From IMG/VR virus record IMGVR_UViG_3300021376_000029, positions 21,289-85,288 of that record: a DNA stretch of 64,000 bases. One strand, written 5' to 3'. The position numbers and the translations under genes are program-made. Below, one piece after another: positions 18,701 to 26,418 of this stretch (the stretch's first letter is position 1; each line of letters begins with the position of its first letter). Under the pieces are notes generated by a model that saw nothing but the letters and a program-made list of their open reading frames with translations, was not told where the DNA came from and made no database searches. This DNA comes from a virus.

Positions 18701-20251
18701 AAATAAATATGTTGATTTATAAGATGATTGTTTAGATTCTGATAAACCTTTAAATGCAAATAGATTGCCAGAACCCGAATATTTTCCGTAAATAAATCTT
18801 TCTGTTTTAGATCCATTGATATTCAGAGAACCAAAAGCATAATTAGTTTGAGAAGAAGTTACGTCACCGTAATTAATATCGCCAACATTAGTTTGAGTTA
18901 CAGTACCATAATCTTGTGTGGTTGTGGTTGATCCTAATGATCCATAATTAGTTTCACTGTAAACACTTACAGAAGATGTATTATAGTCAAAGGTTACATT
19001 CTCAGTTGATCCTGTAAATGAATACAGTGAACCAAATCCATTATATGGTGCTTTGCTAAATTTATTTTGTACTGTTCCAGAAATTTTAAATAAATCAGTG
19101 CTTGTGATTTTATAAATCTGTGGCGTTGGTTCTTGCAATGCAGTAACTGCAGAACCAGAAAGTGATATTGATCCTTGTGATTGATGACCAAAAGATCTCA
19201 GGAGATTACTAAATCCTCCTTGTGAAACAAGAGTTCCATATGGATATATTGTTTGAGTATTAAATGTATATCCATATATTATTGATCCTCCAGAATTAAT
19301 AATATATCCATAATCAATAGTAGAACCTGAGGTAGTTATAGATCCTGAATCTAAAATATTGAAATATGAAATAGAAAATTCATTATAAGTAAATAACACA
19401 TTTTCATTTGCTTTATCAGATATTCCAAAATTAATAAATCCATCATAAGTTTTTCTGACAAACGCTTCATTTGCAGAACCACGTACTCGTATATTATCCT
19501 TAGTTTTTACTAAGTAAATTTGTGGTGTTGGTTCGTTGAATATTACAGATGCTGAACCAGAAACACCAATAATGCCTGAAGATTGATGCCCAAATGCAAG
19601 AGTAAGATTTGAGAAATTACCATTAAACGAGAACAGTCCATAAGGATATGTAATGTCGGTTATTACAATAGATCCTTGATCTATTTCGCCAGATGTAACT
19701 TCTGTAATTTGTCCATAATTACTAGAAGTATTGTTTGTAGAGGAAACACTTCCATAGTCACCCGAAGAAAATACAGCAATTGCTGAGTTGTTATATTGAT
19801 AAACCGCTGACGATGCAGCACTTCCTGATACTCGGAGCGGTCCTGAGGATCCAACCCAAGGTGCAACAATTCTTTCTTGACCCCCAGCAATTTCAAACAG
19901 ACTACCTGAACCAACCCAAGCAGATCTTAGTTTTACTTTATAAGTACCGTCAAGTTTTATTTGAGGTTGAGCAGCAACAAATTTAACAGATGCAGAGACT
20001 TTTGTTGCATTTGAAATATTTAAACCACCGAAAGGATATGTAGTTTCGGTAAATACTATAAATCCATAACTTGGCTCAATAGCGTAATCACTAACAATAT
20101 AATCATTTGTTACGATAAAATCTGCAGAGGGTTCTAACTCACTATAAACTGTACCATCATCCACTAATGATGTTGGAGTATCACCTATACTTCCTAAATC
20201 TTGAGTGGTATAATAGTTTATAGAGGTTGAGTTGTATTGGAATGTGTTCAT
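12725..20251 (-). CDS. Very large repeat-rich virion/fibre protein
   Basis: 2508-aa ORF; ~131-aa tandem repeats (GSLFHIGDRVEKATFSYNSSS..DYG..YPFGLF) and C-terminal EKNTENY repeats; located in the tail module. Confidence 0.75.
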   Translation of the reverse strand: MNTFQYNSTSINYYTTQDLGSIGDTPTSLVDDGTVYSELEPSADFIVTNDYIVSDYAIEPSYGFIVFTETTYPFGGLNISNATKVSASVKFVAAQPQIKLDGTYKVKLRSAWVGSGSLFEIAGGQERIVAPWVGSSGPLRVSGSAASSAVYQYNNSAIAVFSSGDYGSVSSTNNTSSNYGQITEVTSGEIDQGSIVITDITYPYGLFSFNGNFSNLTLAFGHQSSGIIGVSGSASVIFNEPTPQIYLVKTKDNIRVRGSANEAFVRKTYDGFINFGISDKANENVLFTYNEFSISYFNILDSGSITTSGSTIDYGYIINSGGSIIYGYTFNTQTIYPYGTLVSQGGFSNLLRSFGHQSQGSISLSGSAVTALQEPTPQIYKITSTDLFKISGTVQNKFSKAPYNGFGSLYSFTGSTENVTFDYNTSSVSVYSETNYGSLGSTTTTQDYGTVTQTNVGDINYGDVTSSQTNYAFGSLNINGSKTERFIYGKYSGSGNLFAFKGLSESKQSSYKSTYLFELRGTGHNSFTRPFIGFGSLFHVGDRIERATYAYNSSAIVEYSESDYGLVTTSGSTIDHGLINQVVNQGEINYGFINTGLTEYATNPLFTFTGNATVQYKPIFAQTGSGGFKVHHQPSPTDTRFIPWWRGYGEFIVSNRIIPDAFSRPYIGKGRLFSIGDKVESVTYDYNSTSIEYFNTENYGTITTSGTSVDLGHVNEDNTAVIDYSSIVNLDIVYPLNVLYNFSGEGIGQFIRGPYRGRGGIQFAGYHSIRQSDAWRGNLNVRITGSADEKNTEKYVGSGSLFHIGDRVEKATFSYNSSSVSDYDASDYGLITASGTPVDLGQITQSASGGEINYGNVIDLNITYPFGLFKVSGNSDDRWIQVFTKVGSGSLFEFNGATEAFSAQIPENTLLYSISGGGAVESKNNSYVGFGSLFHVGDRIERATFSYNTSSIVVYEPEVDYGLVTTSGSTIDYGLINQVTDGGEIDYGSVTLHDYDYPVNVLFKFGSAAFTELKPSFNFKGKGIINIQSDRTFVRFRPHWRSVGGLFVDGSANQSESKSYVASGSLFHIGDKVEKRTFSYNSSSVSDYDELDYGLITASGTPIDLGQITQSTFGGEVNYGNVINLDITYPFGLFKVNGNSDDRWIQVFTKVGSGSLFEFNGLTESFSARIPENTFLYNVSGNAIESRNNSYVGFGSLFHIGDRVEKATFSYNSSSVSDYDELDYGLITASGLTNDYGLITKVSSGGEIDYGAIINLDITYPFGLFKVSGNSDDRWIQVFTKIGSGSLFEFTGATEAFSAQTPENTFLYNVSGNAIESRNNSYVGFGSLFEVGDKVERVTYNYNESSIVAYETEVDYGSVTTSGITIDLGYVNQIATDGEIDYGSVTLYDYDYPVNVLFKFTGAAEDQYKPAFAHKGSGRFTIASDRTFVRFRPHWRSVGGLFVDGTLSESRNNSYVASGSLFHIGDRVEKATFSYNSSSVSDYDSFDYGFVTTSGTIIDHGYVTQTATGGEVDLGNVIDLNITYPFGLFKVSGDSDDRWIQVFTKVGSGSLFEFNGLTESFSARIPENTLLYNVSGNANESRNKSYVASGSLFHIGDRIEKRTFSYNSSSVSEYDASDYGLITASGTIIDNGYVTQTATSGEIDYGAIINLDITYPFGLFKVNGNSDDRWIQVFTKVGSGSLFAIGNAAEAFSAQTPENTFLYNVSGNANESRNKSYVASGSLFHIGDRVERRTFSYNTSSEIDAVNEVDYGNLSNSTQNLDNGLITSNADGGEIDYGSVINTIGSEKPFGLFRISGIAVTPFERSYYGSGSLFAIGNAAEAFSAQTPENTFLYTFFGSAITPRTREFIGSGDAVKVTGNVIERHTESYVGYVSLVFEERFPAASEANTESYVGKGNIRLSTGRFPEFRNYRPTPRYVSAIHGNIGGTLNVSGDGITKPIRVYTKVGSGVEFISGYIIEKQTDSWYGTGKINVSGNGDTDRARAYSSTGRFSVLKGVAEAFSAQTPENTFLYTFSGSAVEKNTEKYRGSGSAFSFGTATETILISAAVSTALFKVSGAAIPVISLLHYGSGFLFNYGESTSKVVFNPVENTALYQISGSGTLKKSNKHDGSGQIDITGTLIEKNTENYLGTGNILTVGSSAAAVAFNPTENVQLFNVYGSAIESHTERYISTGSAQISGSAIEKNTENYVGTGNIFSFLQSESKVSFNPSEETILFRFTGSATEKNTENYIGTGSLFAFNETSESVVFAISANVQLFRFSGSAIEKNTENYVGTGNIFTVGEKIESRTVIEKASGNINLTGYIQEKYSKAPYQGSGSLFAFQGAAESKTSNPPEEAALFKFTGSAVEKNTENYKGSGNATISGNVAAKFTRSYVGKGNISFGTNTAVIAFVAQTPENTILFRFNGESKFKYISRYPGSGTEFISGIGIEKQTDSYRGKGSLFGIGNASINRLVVEETDTRTSLFRISGIERNSYSRISVTNKFNIEISGASKDIVILFSPARIFGSII
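14740..18700 (-). repeat. Intragenic tandem repeats, ~393-bp unit, about 9-10 copies, several nearly identical in DNA
   Basis: gtggaacagtgaacctgaagc recurs near 15077, 15470, 15863 and 17048; variants occur near 16256, 16655, 17447 and 17843. Confidence 0.9.
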
Positions 20252-20265
20252 CCAGACCCTCTACA

Positions 20266-20292
20266 ATAAAAAGGGGGATAAAAGAATCCCCC
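20266..20292 (-). terminator. Intrinsic terminator
   Basis: GGGGGAT/ATCCCCC stem followed by a U-run on the minus strand, after the 392-aa gene. Confidence 0.75.
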
Positions 20293-20326
20293 AGAAAATC
20301 ATAATGTAAAGTATATAGTTAAAATA

Positions 20327-21505
20327 TCAGTCAAGGCTAACATTCAGAGTAATCTTAATTTGGTCACCCTGGTTTTGAATTGGGTATGGACCATTAGTGA
20401 ATCTTTCAGCAAACATGATGCTGCTGTAAAGAGTTGCAGCTCCAAGACCATCAAGTGCAGGAGTAAGATTGAACTCGTTTGCACTAGGGACTGAGAATAC
20501 AGTATATGTTCCTGCAGTGGTTGTAGTATTACCAGCAGCACGAGCGATGTAAATAACATCACCAGCAACAAGACCATGTGCAGTTGCAGTTACTTTGGAG
20601 AACTCCAGAGTGATGGATGAGTCAGTTGCAACCTGAACGTTATCAGTTAATGCATTACTAAGGTGAATAATTCTTTGCAGAAGATCAATACCGATGATCT
20701 TAGTTCCAGCTGGTACAGCGTTGTTGCCGCCAACTACTTGACCTACCGTAATGTCATCCATAATTGATGCTACGTTAGGCAGAGTAATGTAACTATTTCC
20801 GATAACGCCGATACAAGGATTAGTATTATCACCTTTATTCAGAACTGTTCCAGCAGCAATAGTTGCGCCACCCTCATAACCATGGAGTGCCACAGGCATA
20901 TTGTTTGCTCTTACCAGATAATAACCATAAACATTACCAGCAGCGCCTTGGAATGTGAAAGTTTGTTCTGGATAAGTAGCAGTAGTAACTCCACCAGCGA
21001 AGTTAATTACACCACTTACTGCACCAGAATTTTTAACCGTAAGAATTATAGTATTACCAGAAACTCTTGATACTTTAGCGCCAGCTGCGATACCAGTACC
21101 AGTAACAGTGTTACCAACACTGACAGTTCCTGAGAGACCTGATACTGTGATTTCGTATGAATCCTGTGCGCCACTTGAATTAGTTGTAGTAGCTACTGGA
21201 TCTGAAGCAGTTGTGATCGCCCAACGCGAACCATTGAGCAGAATACCATATTGTCCAGCATAGTTCTGATCCGCACGATTATTGATAACTGATGGATAAC
21301 CTGTATTTGGTGCAGTGCCATAAGTGTTTTGATTACCATCAGCATATGGCTCGTAATAAGCAGTTGCCGAAGGAACATCTGCTTCGTCTGGTGTGGTGTT
21401 TGACGTAAAAAGTTTCAGAATTAAATTTCTTGGGATATTATGAGTAGAATTCAACAGATAACGAAGTGATTCTACCTCACCAATATTAGGTACTAAAAGT
21501 GCCAT
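20327..21505 (-). CDS. Virion structural (tail/fibre-associated) protein
   Basis: LKLFTSN..ATYPEQTFTF..VYGYY..FAERF..GDQIKIT pattern; own late promoter, GGAGG RBS and downstream terminator suggest an abundant protein. Confidence 0.7.
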   Translation of the reverse strand: MALLVPNIGEVESLRYLLNSTHNIPRNLILKLFTSNTTPDEADVPSATAYYEPYADGNQNTYGTAPNTGYPSVINNRADQNYAGQYGILLNGSRWAITTASDPVATTTNSSGAQDSYEITVSGLSGTVSVGNTVTGTGIAAGAKVSRVSGNTIILTVKNSGAVSGVINFAGGVTTATYPEQTFTFQGAAGNVYGYYLVRANNMPVALHGYEGGATIAAGTVLNKGDNTNPCIGVIGNSYITLPNVASIMDDITVGQVVGGNNAVPAGTKIIGIDLLQRIIHLSNALTDNVQVATDSSITLEFSKVTATAHGLVAGDVIYIARAAGNTTTTAGTYTVFSVPSANEFNLTPALDGLGAATLYSSIMFAERFTNGPYPIQNQGDQIKITLNVSLD

Positions 21506-21550
21506 TTAAATGTTCCTCCAGGGATTTCTGTTTTTTTAAATATCTAGTTA

Positions 21551-21558
21551 TATTTATA
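21551..21558 (-). promoter_or_regulatory. T4-type late promoter TATAAATA
   Basis: TATTTATA on the + strand, overlapping the stop of the upstream gene. Confidence 0.75.
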
Positions 21559-22258
21559 ATTTTACTTTCAAAGCAATAGAGAATTTATTGATGACAGTAC
21601 TGGTATTTATAACTTCATAGTTTAAAATATCACCAGCATTTAATGTTCTATTCCATCCCGTTAAAATATCATCAGTATTTTTATTCTGACTACTTAAAGT
21701 AGGTCTATTTGATCCGCATATACTAACAAGATTAGGATAATCATTAAAAGAGCATTTTTTTATATCAACAACTAAATTTCCTATTTTATCCGCAACAATT
21801 AACCATGATTGAATTGTACCAGTAACATCAATTGATAGAGATCCTTTGTCGCCAATAGTCATAGGCAAAGAACCATAATCAACAACAAAATTAATAGTTC
21901 GGGTTAAGTCTGCAGTGTTTGCCATACCAATACCAAAAAATTGTGTATTGCAAGGCGCTGTAGCAAAAGTAATAGTACTACCAGAAATAGAATATCCTAC
22001 TCCTGGTTGTAAAATAACATTATTAACAGATATAATTAACTGTTGATCATTCAGGGGAAAATATGGAACTCCATTTACTTTTATGTCAAAAGTTTTTCGT
22101 ACACAGTCAAACTGAGCTGAAATATTATCTAAAAGTAAATTTTGATATTGAATGCCTTTTGATGGTGGTTCATAATTAAGTCCAACTTTATATAAATCGG
22201 GACTTGCTTGAACTACATTATAATTTGTAGGGTTTAGCGTTACCTGATAATTTGACAC
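21554..22258 (-). CDS. Virion structural protein
   Basis: LDNISAQFD..F.I..QLIISVNNVILQPG..Y.ISGSTITF..AP domain, also present as repeats in gp7 here. Confidence 0.65.
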   Translation of the reverse strand: MSNYQVTLNPTNYNVVQASPDLYKVGLNYEPPSKGIQYQNLLLDNISAQFDCVRKTFDIKVNGVPYFPLNDQQLIISVNNVILQPGVGYSISGSTITFATAPCNTQFFGIGMANTADLTRTINFVVDYGSLPMTIGDKGSLSIDVTGTIQSWLIVADKIGNLVVDIKKCSFNDYPNLVSICGSNRPTLSSQNKNTDDILTGWNRTLNAGDILNYEVINTSTVINKFSIALKVKL

Positions 22259-22590
22259 TATGTTACTCCTGGTGTTACAGTTGCAATTCCTTCAATTACT
22301 CTTGTTTTTACTCCACTAGGAGATGTCAAAATAATATCATAAACATATCTTTTAGGACTGAGCGTAGTGGTTACACTAGCAGGTAACGATAATGTAATAA
22401 CTCCTTCTGGTCTGTTAGTGAATGAAACACTTAACGGAACTGAAGTAGAAGTATAATAACTCTTCTTCATTTTACTTTCAGCGGTAAAACCGAGAAGATT
22501 GAGATATGAATTATCTGCAGTCTTAATCGTAAAGGTCGCTGAAAAATCAGACCCCTGCTCTATTACTATGTTAATCGTTATAGCAGACAT
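22258..22590 (-). CDS. Small beta-sandwich tail/fibre-connector protein (BppU/LtfC-like)
   Basis: IEQGSDF..F..G.ITLSL..T..L..RYVYDI..TRVIEG.ATV.PGVT. Confidence 0.65.
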   Translation of the reverse strand: MSAITINIVIEQGSDFSATFTIKTADNSYLNLLGFTAESKMKKSYYTSTSVPLSVSFTNRPEGVITLSLPASVTTTLSPKRYVYDIILTSPSGVKTRVIEGIATVTPGVT

Positions 22591-22595
22591 GTAAT

Positions 22596-22629
22596 AAAAA
22601 AACCTTCCTTGTTATTTATAAAGAAGGTC
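22596..22629 (-). terminator. Intrinsic terminator whose loop contains a late promoter (TATAAATA, 22613-22620)
   Basis: Minus strand ACCTTCTTT-ATAAATAAC-AAGGAAGGT-TTTTT. Confidence 0.65.
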
Positions 22630-22637
22630 TGTATTTA

Positions 22638-22823
22638 TCACTCTTCTGGGGATTCTTCCTGAGGCGGTTCGCCATTCTCAAGAATAGTTAATGCTTCAAG
22701 TGCCCCTTTAAGTTTCAGTGCTAATTCACGTTTAGCATTGAGTTGAGATTCAAGATTTTTGATTTCATCAACCACTGTACTAAATTGATTAGTAAAATTT
22801 TCTTCAAGTTCTTTAGCGTTCAT
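22638..22823 (-). CDS. Small coiled-coil hypothetical protein
   Basis: 61 aa, heptad-like, AGGAG RBS. Confidence 0.65.
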   Translation of the reverse strand: MNAKELEENFTNQFSTVVDEIKNLESQLNAKRELALKLKGALEALTILENGEPPQEESPEE

Positions 22824-22825
22824 TT

Positions 22826-24010
22826 TTAGTCTCCTAAATTAGTTAAATAACCAAGCATTTTGTTGGCAATTACATCCCAAGTATATCTGGGATCGCTTGC
22901 CATAGTAGAACATGCTTTTGCTTTTTCAGCATAATACTTTTTATCTGAATATAATTTATTCAGTTTTTCAACAACACTATCAACAGATACATATGCTCTG
23001 TCAATACCATAGTTGACATCTTTACCCATGAAAATAATTTCAGCAAGTTCACCGCAATTAGCAAAAAGTTCAGCACTTGCTGCATAATCGGGAAGAACTT
23101 GTGGGCACCCAGTTGCTGCCATTTCAAATGGCACCAGACCCCATCCTTCACCCTCTGAAGTATTTACTCCAACATCACATGAATTATAAATGACGTTCAA
23201 GACTTGTGGAGTAATTGTATTTTTTTCTGGTGTCATTTCTAACCCAGAAAGATATAATTTTCCCTGAGGATCAAGACCATTCCTTTCCATCTCAACATTG
23301 AACAGTGGAATAATATCCCATCCACAATCTTTAGTCCCCATATGGAGATATAACTTTGCATTTGGTTTGCCAACTGCAAACTTGGCAAATGCTATAATAG
23401 TCAAATCAATTCTTTTACGAGGTTGGTTTCTATTGCCATTAAAGACAATAAAATCATCCTTTTTCATTTGACCAATCAATTCTCTACATTCCTGTTTATT
23501 CTTTCTGAAAAAAATGTCAGTATCAACACCATGCTCTAGTGTTTCAATACGTCCAGTATATCCAGCATCTTTCATTACTTGTTTGCCGAAATCAGTATAA
23601 GTAATTGAAAGATCAAAATCATTTAAGAATGAAACAACAGAAGGGAACCATCCTCCGCCATCAATAGGGAAGTACGCTACAAATTTAAAATCATCAGTCT
23701 CTTTATATTTTTTTAGAATATCCCAATAAAATTTAATAATCCAAACATCATTGAAAGCAACAATAATGTCAGGTTTAATTTCATTATAAAGTTCGTCAAT
23801 ATAATTGAAACCATAGGGATCTTGGGAACCACCCTTCTTTGATGCTTGGTAAATCTTAAAGTCAAAGGTATGTACTTGCCCAAAATAGTTGATACCCATA
23901 ACATGAGTATCAAATTCTTTATGAATCCTTGTCAGGATAGATTCAGAAACTCTACCAAATCCACTCGGAATAACACAATCACCAATCCACAATAATTTTT
24001 TCTTTCTCAT
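22826..24010 (-). CDS. Glycosyltransferase, GT-B fold (GT4-like)
   Basis: SGFGRV, HGVD, NRNQPRKRID, EGEGWGLVPFEMAATGCP (EX7E) motifs. Confidence 0.9.
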   Translation of the reverse strand: MRKKKLLWIGDCVIPSGFGRVSESILTRIHKEFDTHVMGINYFGQVHTFDFKIYQASKKGGSQDPYGFNYIDELYNEIKPDIIVAFNDVWIIKFYWDILKKYKETDDFKFVAYFPIDGGGWFPSVVSFLNDFDLSITYTDFGKQVMKDAGYTGRIETLEHGVDTDIFFRKNKQECRELIGQMKKDDFIVFNGNRNQPRKRIDLTIIAFAKFAVGKPNAKLYLHMGTKDCGWDIIPLFNVEMERNGLDPQGKLYLSGLEMTPEKNTITPQVLNVIYNSCDVGVNTSEGEGWGLVPFEMAATGCPQVLPDYAASAELFANCGELAEIIFMGKDVNYGIDRAYVSVDSVVEKLNKLYSDKKYYAEKAKACSTMASDPRYTWDVIANKMLGYLTNLGD

Positions 24011-24033
24011 AGAAATGACAATTTTTCATAAAC

Positions 24034-24062
24034 ATCATACTATAATTTATAAGGGTTGTCAA
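24034..24062 (-). promoter_or_regulatory. sigma70-type promoter of the glycosyltransferase
   Basis: TTGACA(24062-24057)-17-TATGAT(24039-24034). Confidence 0.75.
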
Positions 24063-24068
24063 GGACTA

Positions 24069-26222
24069 TTATGAAATGCTTCCTCCAATCGTACCATTAG
24101 CATTAAATACTGTGACAACAGCAGTTCCAGTATTTGCTGATAAAGTTACAGATGTTTGACTTGTGCCACCTGCATCACCTTTTGAAAGGTTTACTGCCGA
24201 AAACCCTGTAGTTGTTGTACTTGCAGTAATATTAATTTGCTTTGTTGAAGAATTAGTATTTCTTAAATAAATTTGAATCATTCTGCCTGCAGTAAGGTTA
24301 CTAATATTAATAGTTCTTGTTGAACTGCTAGCACTTTGAACATATGCATAATATGACGTAGTTGCAGAATCTACAGTTGCATCTGCATCACTTGTTGAAC
24401 TTGAGTTTCCGTAGGTTGCACCATTAACTACTGGAGCGGTTAACGTTTTAGTTGTCAGTGTTTGTGTATCATCAATTGTTACAATATCACCAGCAGTTGT
24501 TCCTCCAGGAGTTCTGCCAAGAACCGCAGTAGATGAAAGAACTGTAGTTCCAGCAATCTGATATGTCTTCCCTGTTGCAATATTTAAGTTTTCTGTTGAT
24601 GACCAACGAGTTCCAGTGTTTGAATAAGTGAAAGTAATACCAGTTGTTCCGAGTGTAATACCAGCACCATCTACTGCTGCAGAAGTCGTTGCACCATCAG
24701 CAAGAACAATATTAACATCATCAATGCTTAATACTGTTGAATTAATTGTTGTTGTAGATCCATTAACAACTAGATCTCCCGAAAGAGTTAATCCCGAAGC
24801 AACAATATCTCCAGATACTGTAATACCAGTAGAAGTAGTCTCTAGTTTTTTAGAATTATCATAATAAAGTTCTACAGAACCATCAGGTACTGCTTTCAGA
24901 AAATAATCACTACTTGCATAAGATCTTAGTGCCAGTTGATCTCCATTCGTTTGAATATAAAGACCACCAGTTCCTTGATCGTTGATATAAGAAACTGATC
25001 CATCATGATATAGTGCTAAATCACTACCATCACCCAAAATAATACTATCATTATCACCAAAATAAGCATTGCTTGCAAAATTTACATTTTTATGGAAAAT
25101 AACTTTTTCGGCAGTAACAGTAGTTTGTATACTTAAATAATCATTAGATCCTTCTTTAATTGTTAATGCAGGATTTAAATTATCCTTTACTGATATAGTA
25201 ACACCTTGATTAGATAAATCAAGAGTTGAACCCTTTACCTTAAAAGAATTATTGATTATAGTGGTGCCAGTTCCTGTTGCCGCTCCGATTCTTACATCAC
25301 CGTTGTTGATTAACAGATCAAACGTATTTTCACTTGAAAGTATTTCACCACCATTAACGTTCAAGTCTCCCACAAGAATTGTGTCATTACTGTAAATTGT
25401 AAAGTTACTATTACTTCCTGGAACACCACTTAAGGTTGTTCCCATATGAACATTAGAAGCGTTCCCAAAAGCATAAACCGTGGTGGGAACAGTGTTAAAA
25501 AGATCTTGTATTAACTGTGTTCCTTCTATAAAAGGATTTCTTAAAGTCAGTGTACCATTTGTTGCACCGATTCTAATACTAGTCGCTGCTCCAAATGCTT
25601 CAACTGTAGTTGCATAATCATCAAAGAAATCAACAGTTGTTACACCAGAACTTACTGAGATAGTTCCAGTATCGCTTGTTAAAGTTCCTGCAATTGTAGC
25701 ATCCTCATCTACTTGTAACGTATCAACTTGAGCAATCCCATCAATATAAATGTCTCTCCATTCTTGTGTTGAACTACCTAAATCATAGGTGTCATCTAAA
25801 TTTGGGAGAGCGTTTGAATTTAAATCAGCATTAAAAACAATATTATCAGTATTTAAATCCCCAAAGATAATACTACCAGCACTGCTATTACCAGCTCTAA
25901 ATGTAATATCTCCTTCTACTGTAAGACCACTGGCAACATAGAGACTTTTGCTAACACCAAGAGTATTTGAATCTACTTTATAAAGACCTAAATCAGTTGT
26001 ACTATCAAAAGATAAACTCGGTGCATTTAATGTGCCGTCTTCAAGTTGAATGGTTTGTCCTGAAAGAGTTACAAAACCAGCAACTACCTGATTAATTGAA
26101 GTAGATAATACTTTTGATGGTGTTACTAAAAGTGCAGCATCGCCTATATCAGTGCCGATGAGGTTAATCATCTGACGCTGTTGTTCAAAAGTATTGCTTA
26201 TTAAAACTTCTCTAATTGCCAT
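24069..26222 (-). CDS. Tail fibre-like protein
   Basis: N-terminal NTFEQQRQMIN.IG, plus DGTLNAPSLSF, VELYYDNSKKLETT and GSTTTINST fibre motifs. Confidence 0.75.
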   Translation of the reverse strand: MAIREVLISNTFEQQRQMINLIGTDIGDAALLVTPSKVLSTSINQVVAGFVTLSGQTIQLEDGTLNAPSLSFDSTTDLGLYKVDSNTLGVSKSLYVASGLTVEGDITFRAGNSSAGSIIFGDLNTDNIVFNADLNSNALPNLDDTYDLGSSTQEWRDIYIDGIAQVDTLQVDEDATIAGTLTSDTGTISVSSGVTTVDFFDDYATTVEAFGAATSIRIGATNGTLTLRNPFIEGTQLIQDLFNTVPTTVYAFGNASNVHMGTTLSGVPGSNSNFTIYSNDTILVGDLNVNGGEILSSENTFDLLINNGDVRIGAATGTGTTIINNSFKVKGSTLDLSNQGVTISVKDNLNPALTIKEGSNDYLSIQTTVTAEKVIFHKNVNFASNAYFGDNDSIILGDGSDLALYHDGSVSYINDQGTGGLYIQTNGDQLALRSYASSDYFLKAVPDGSVELYYDNSKKLETTSTGITVSGDIVASGLTLSGDLVVNGSTTTINSTVLSIDDVNIVLADGATTSAAVDGAGITLGTTGITFTYSNTGTRWSSTENLNIATGKTYQIAGTTVLSSTAVLGRTPGGTTAGDIVTIDDTQTLTTKTLTAPVVNGATYGNSSSTSDADATVDSATTSYYAYVQSASSSTRTINISNLTAGRMIQIYLRNTNSSTKQINITASTTTTGFSAVNLSKGDAGGTSQTSVTLSANTGTAVVTVFNANGTIGGSIS

Positions 26223-26418
26223 TTGTAAGTTTCTTTAATAGTTGCTTGATTTCATCAAGTTCTTGCTTCAAAGTATTTATCTCATTATTCATATTGTCGC
26301 GGTTTGCTTTTGCTTTCATATAATGTTCATACTCATCACGATTAGAGTTGATCACAGCACCACTATTTGTATCTCTATAAAGATTGCTGTGACCCTCTAC
26401 TTTAAGTTTATCTATCAT
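26212..26418 (-). CDS. Conserved small protein downstream of the VrlC-like gene
   Basis: KVEGHSNLYRD..SGAVIN..EINTLKQELDEIKQLL; ATGA overlap with the upstream gene. Confidence 0.8.
   Translation of the reverse strand: MIDKLKVEGHSNLYRDTNSGAVINSNRDEYEHYMKAKANRDNMNNEINTLKQELDEIKQLLKKLTNGN

Noticed and set aside
12730-19986. Many repeated short alternative-frame ORFs (e.g. MILILHIHLV...) inside the 2508-aa gene
   Set aside because: By-products of the tandem DNA repeats and codon bias; no RBS or independent signals were seen.
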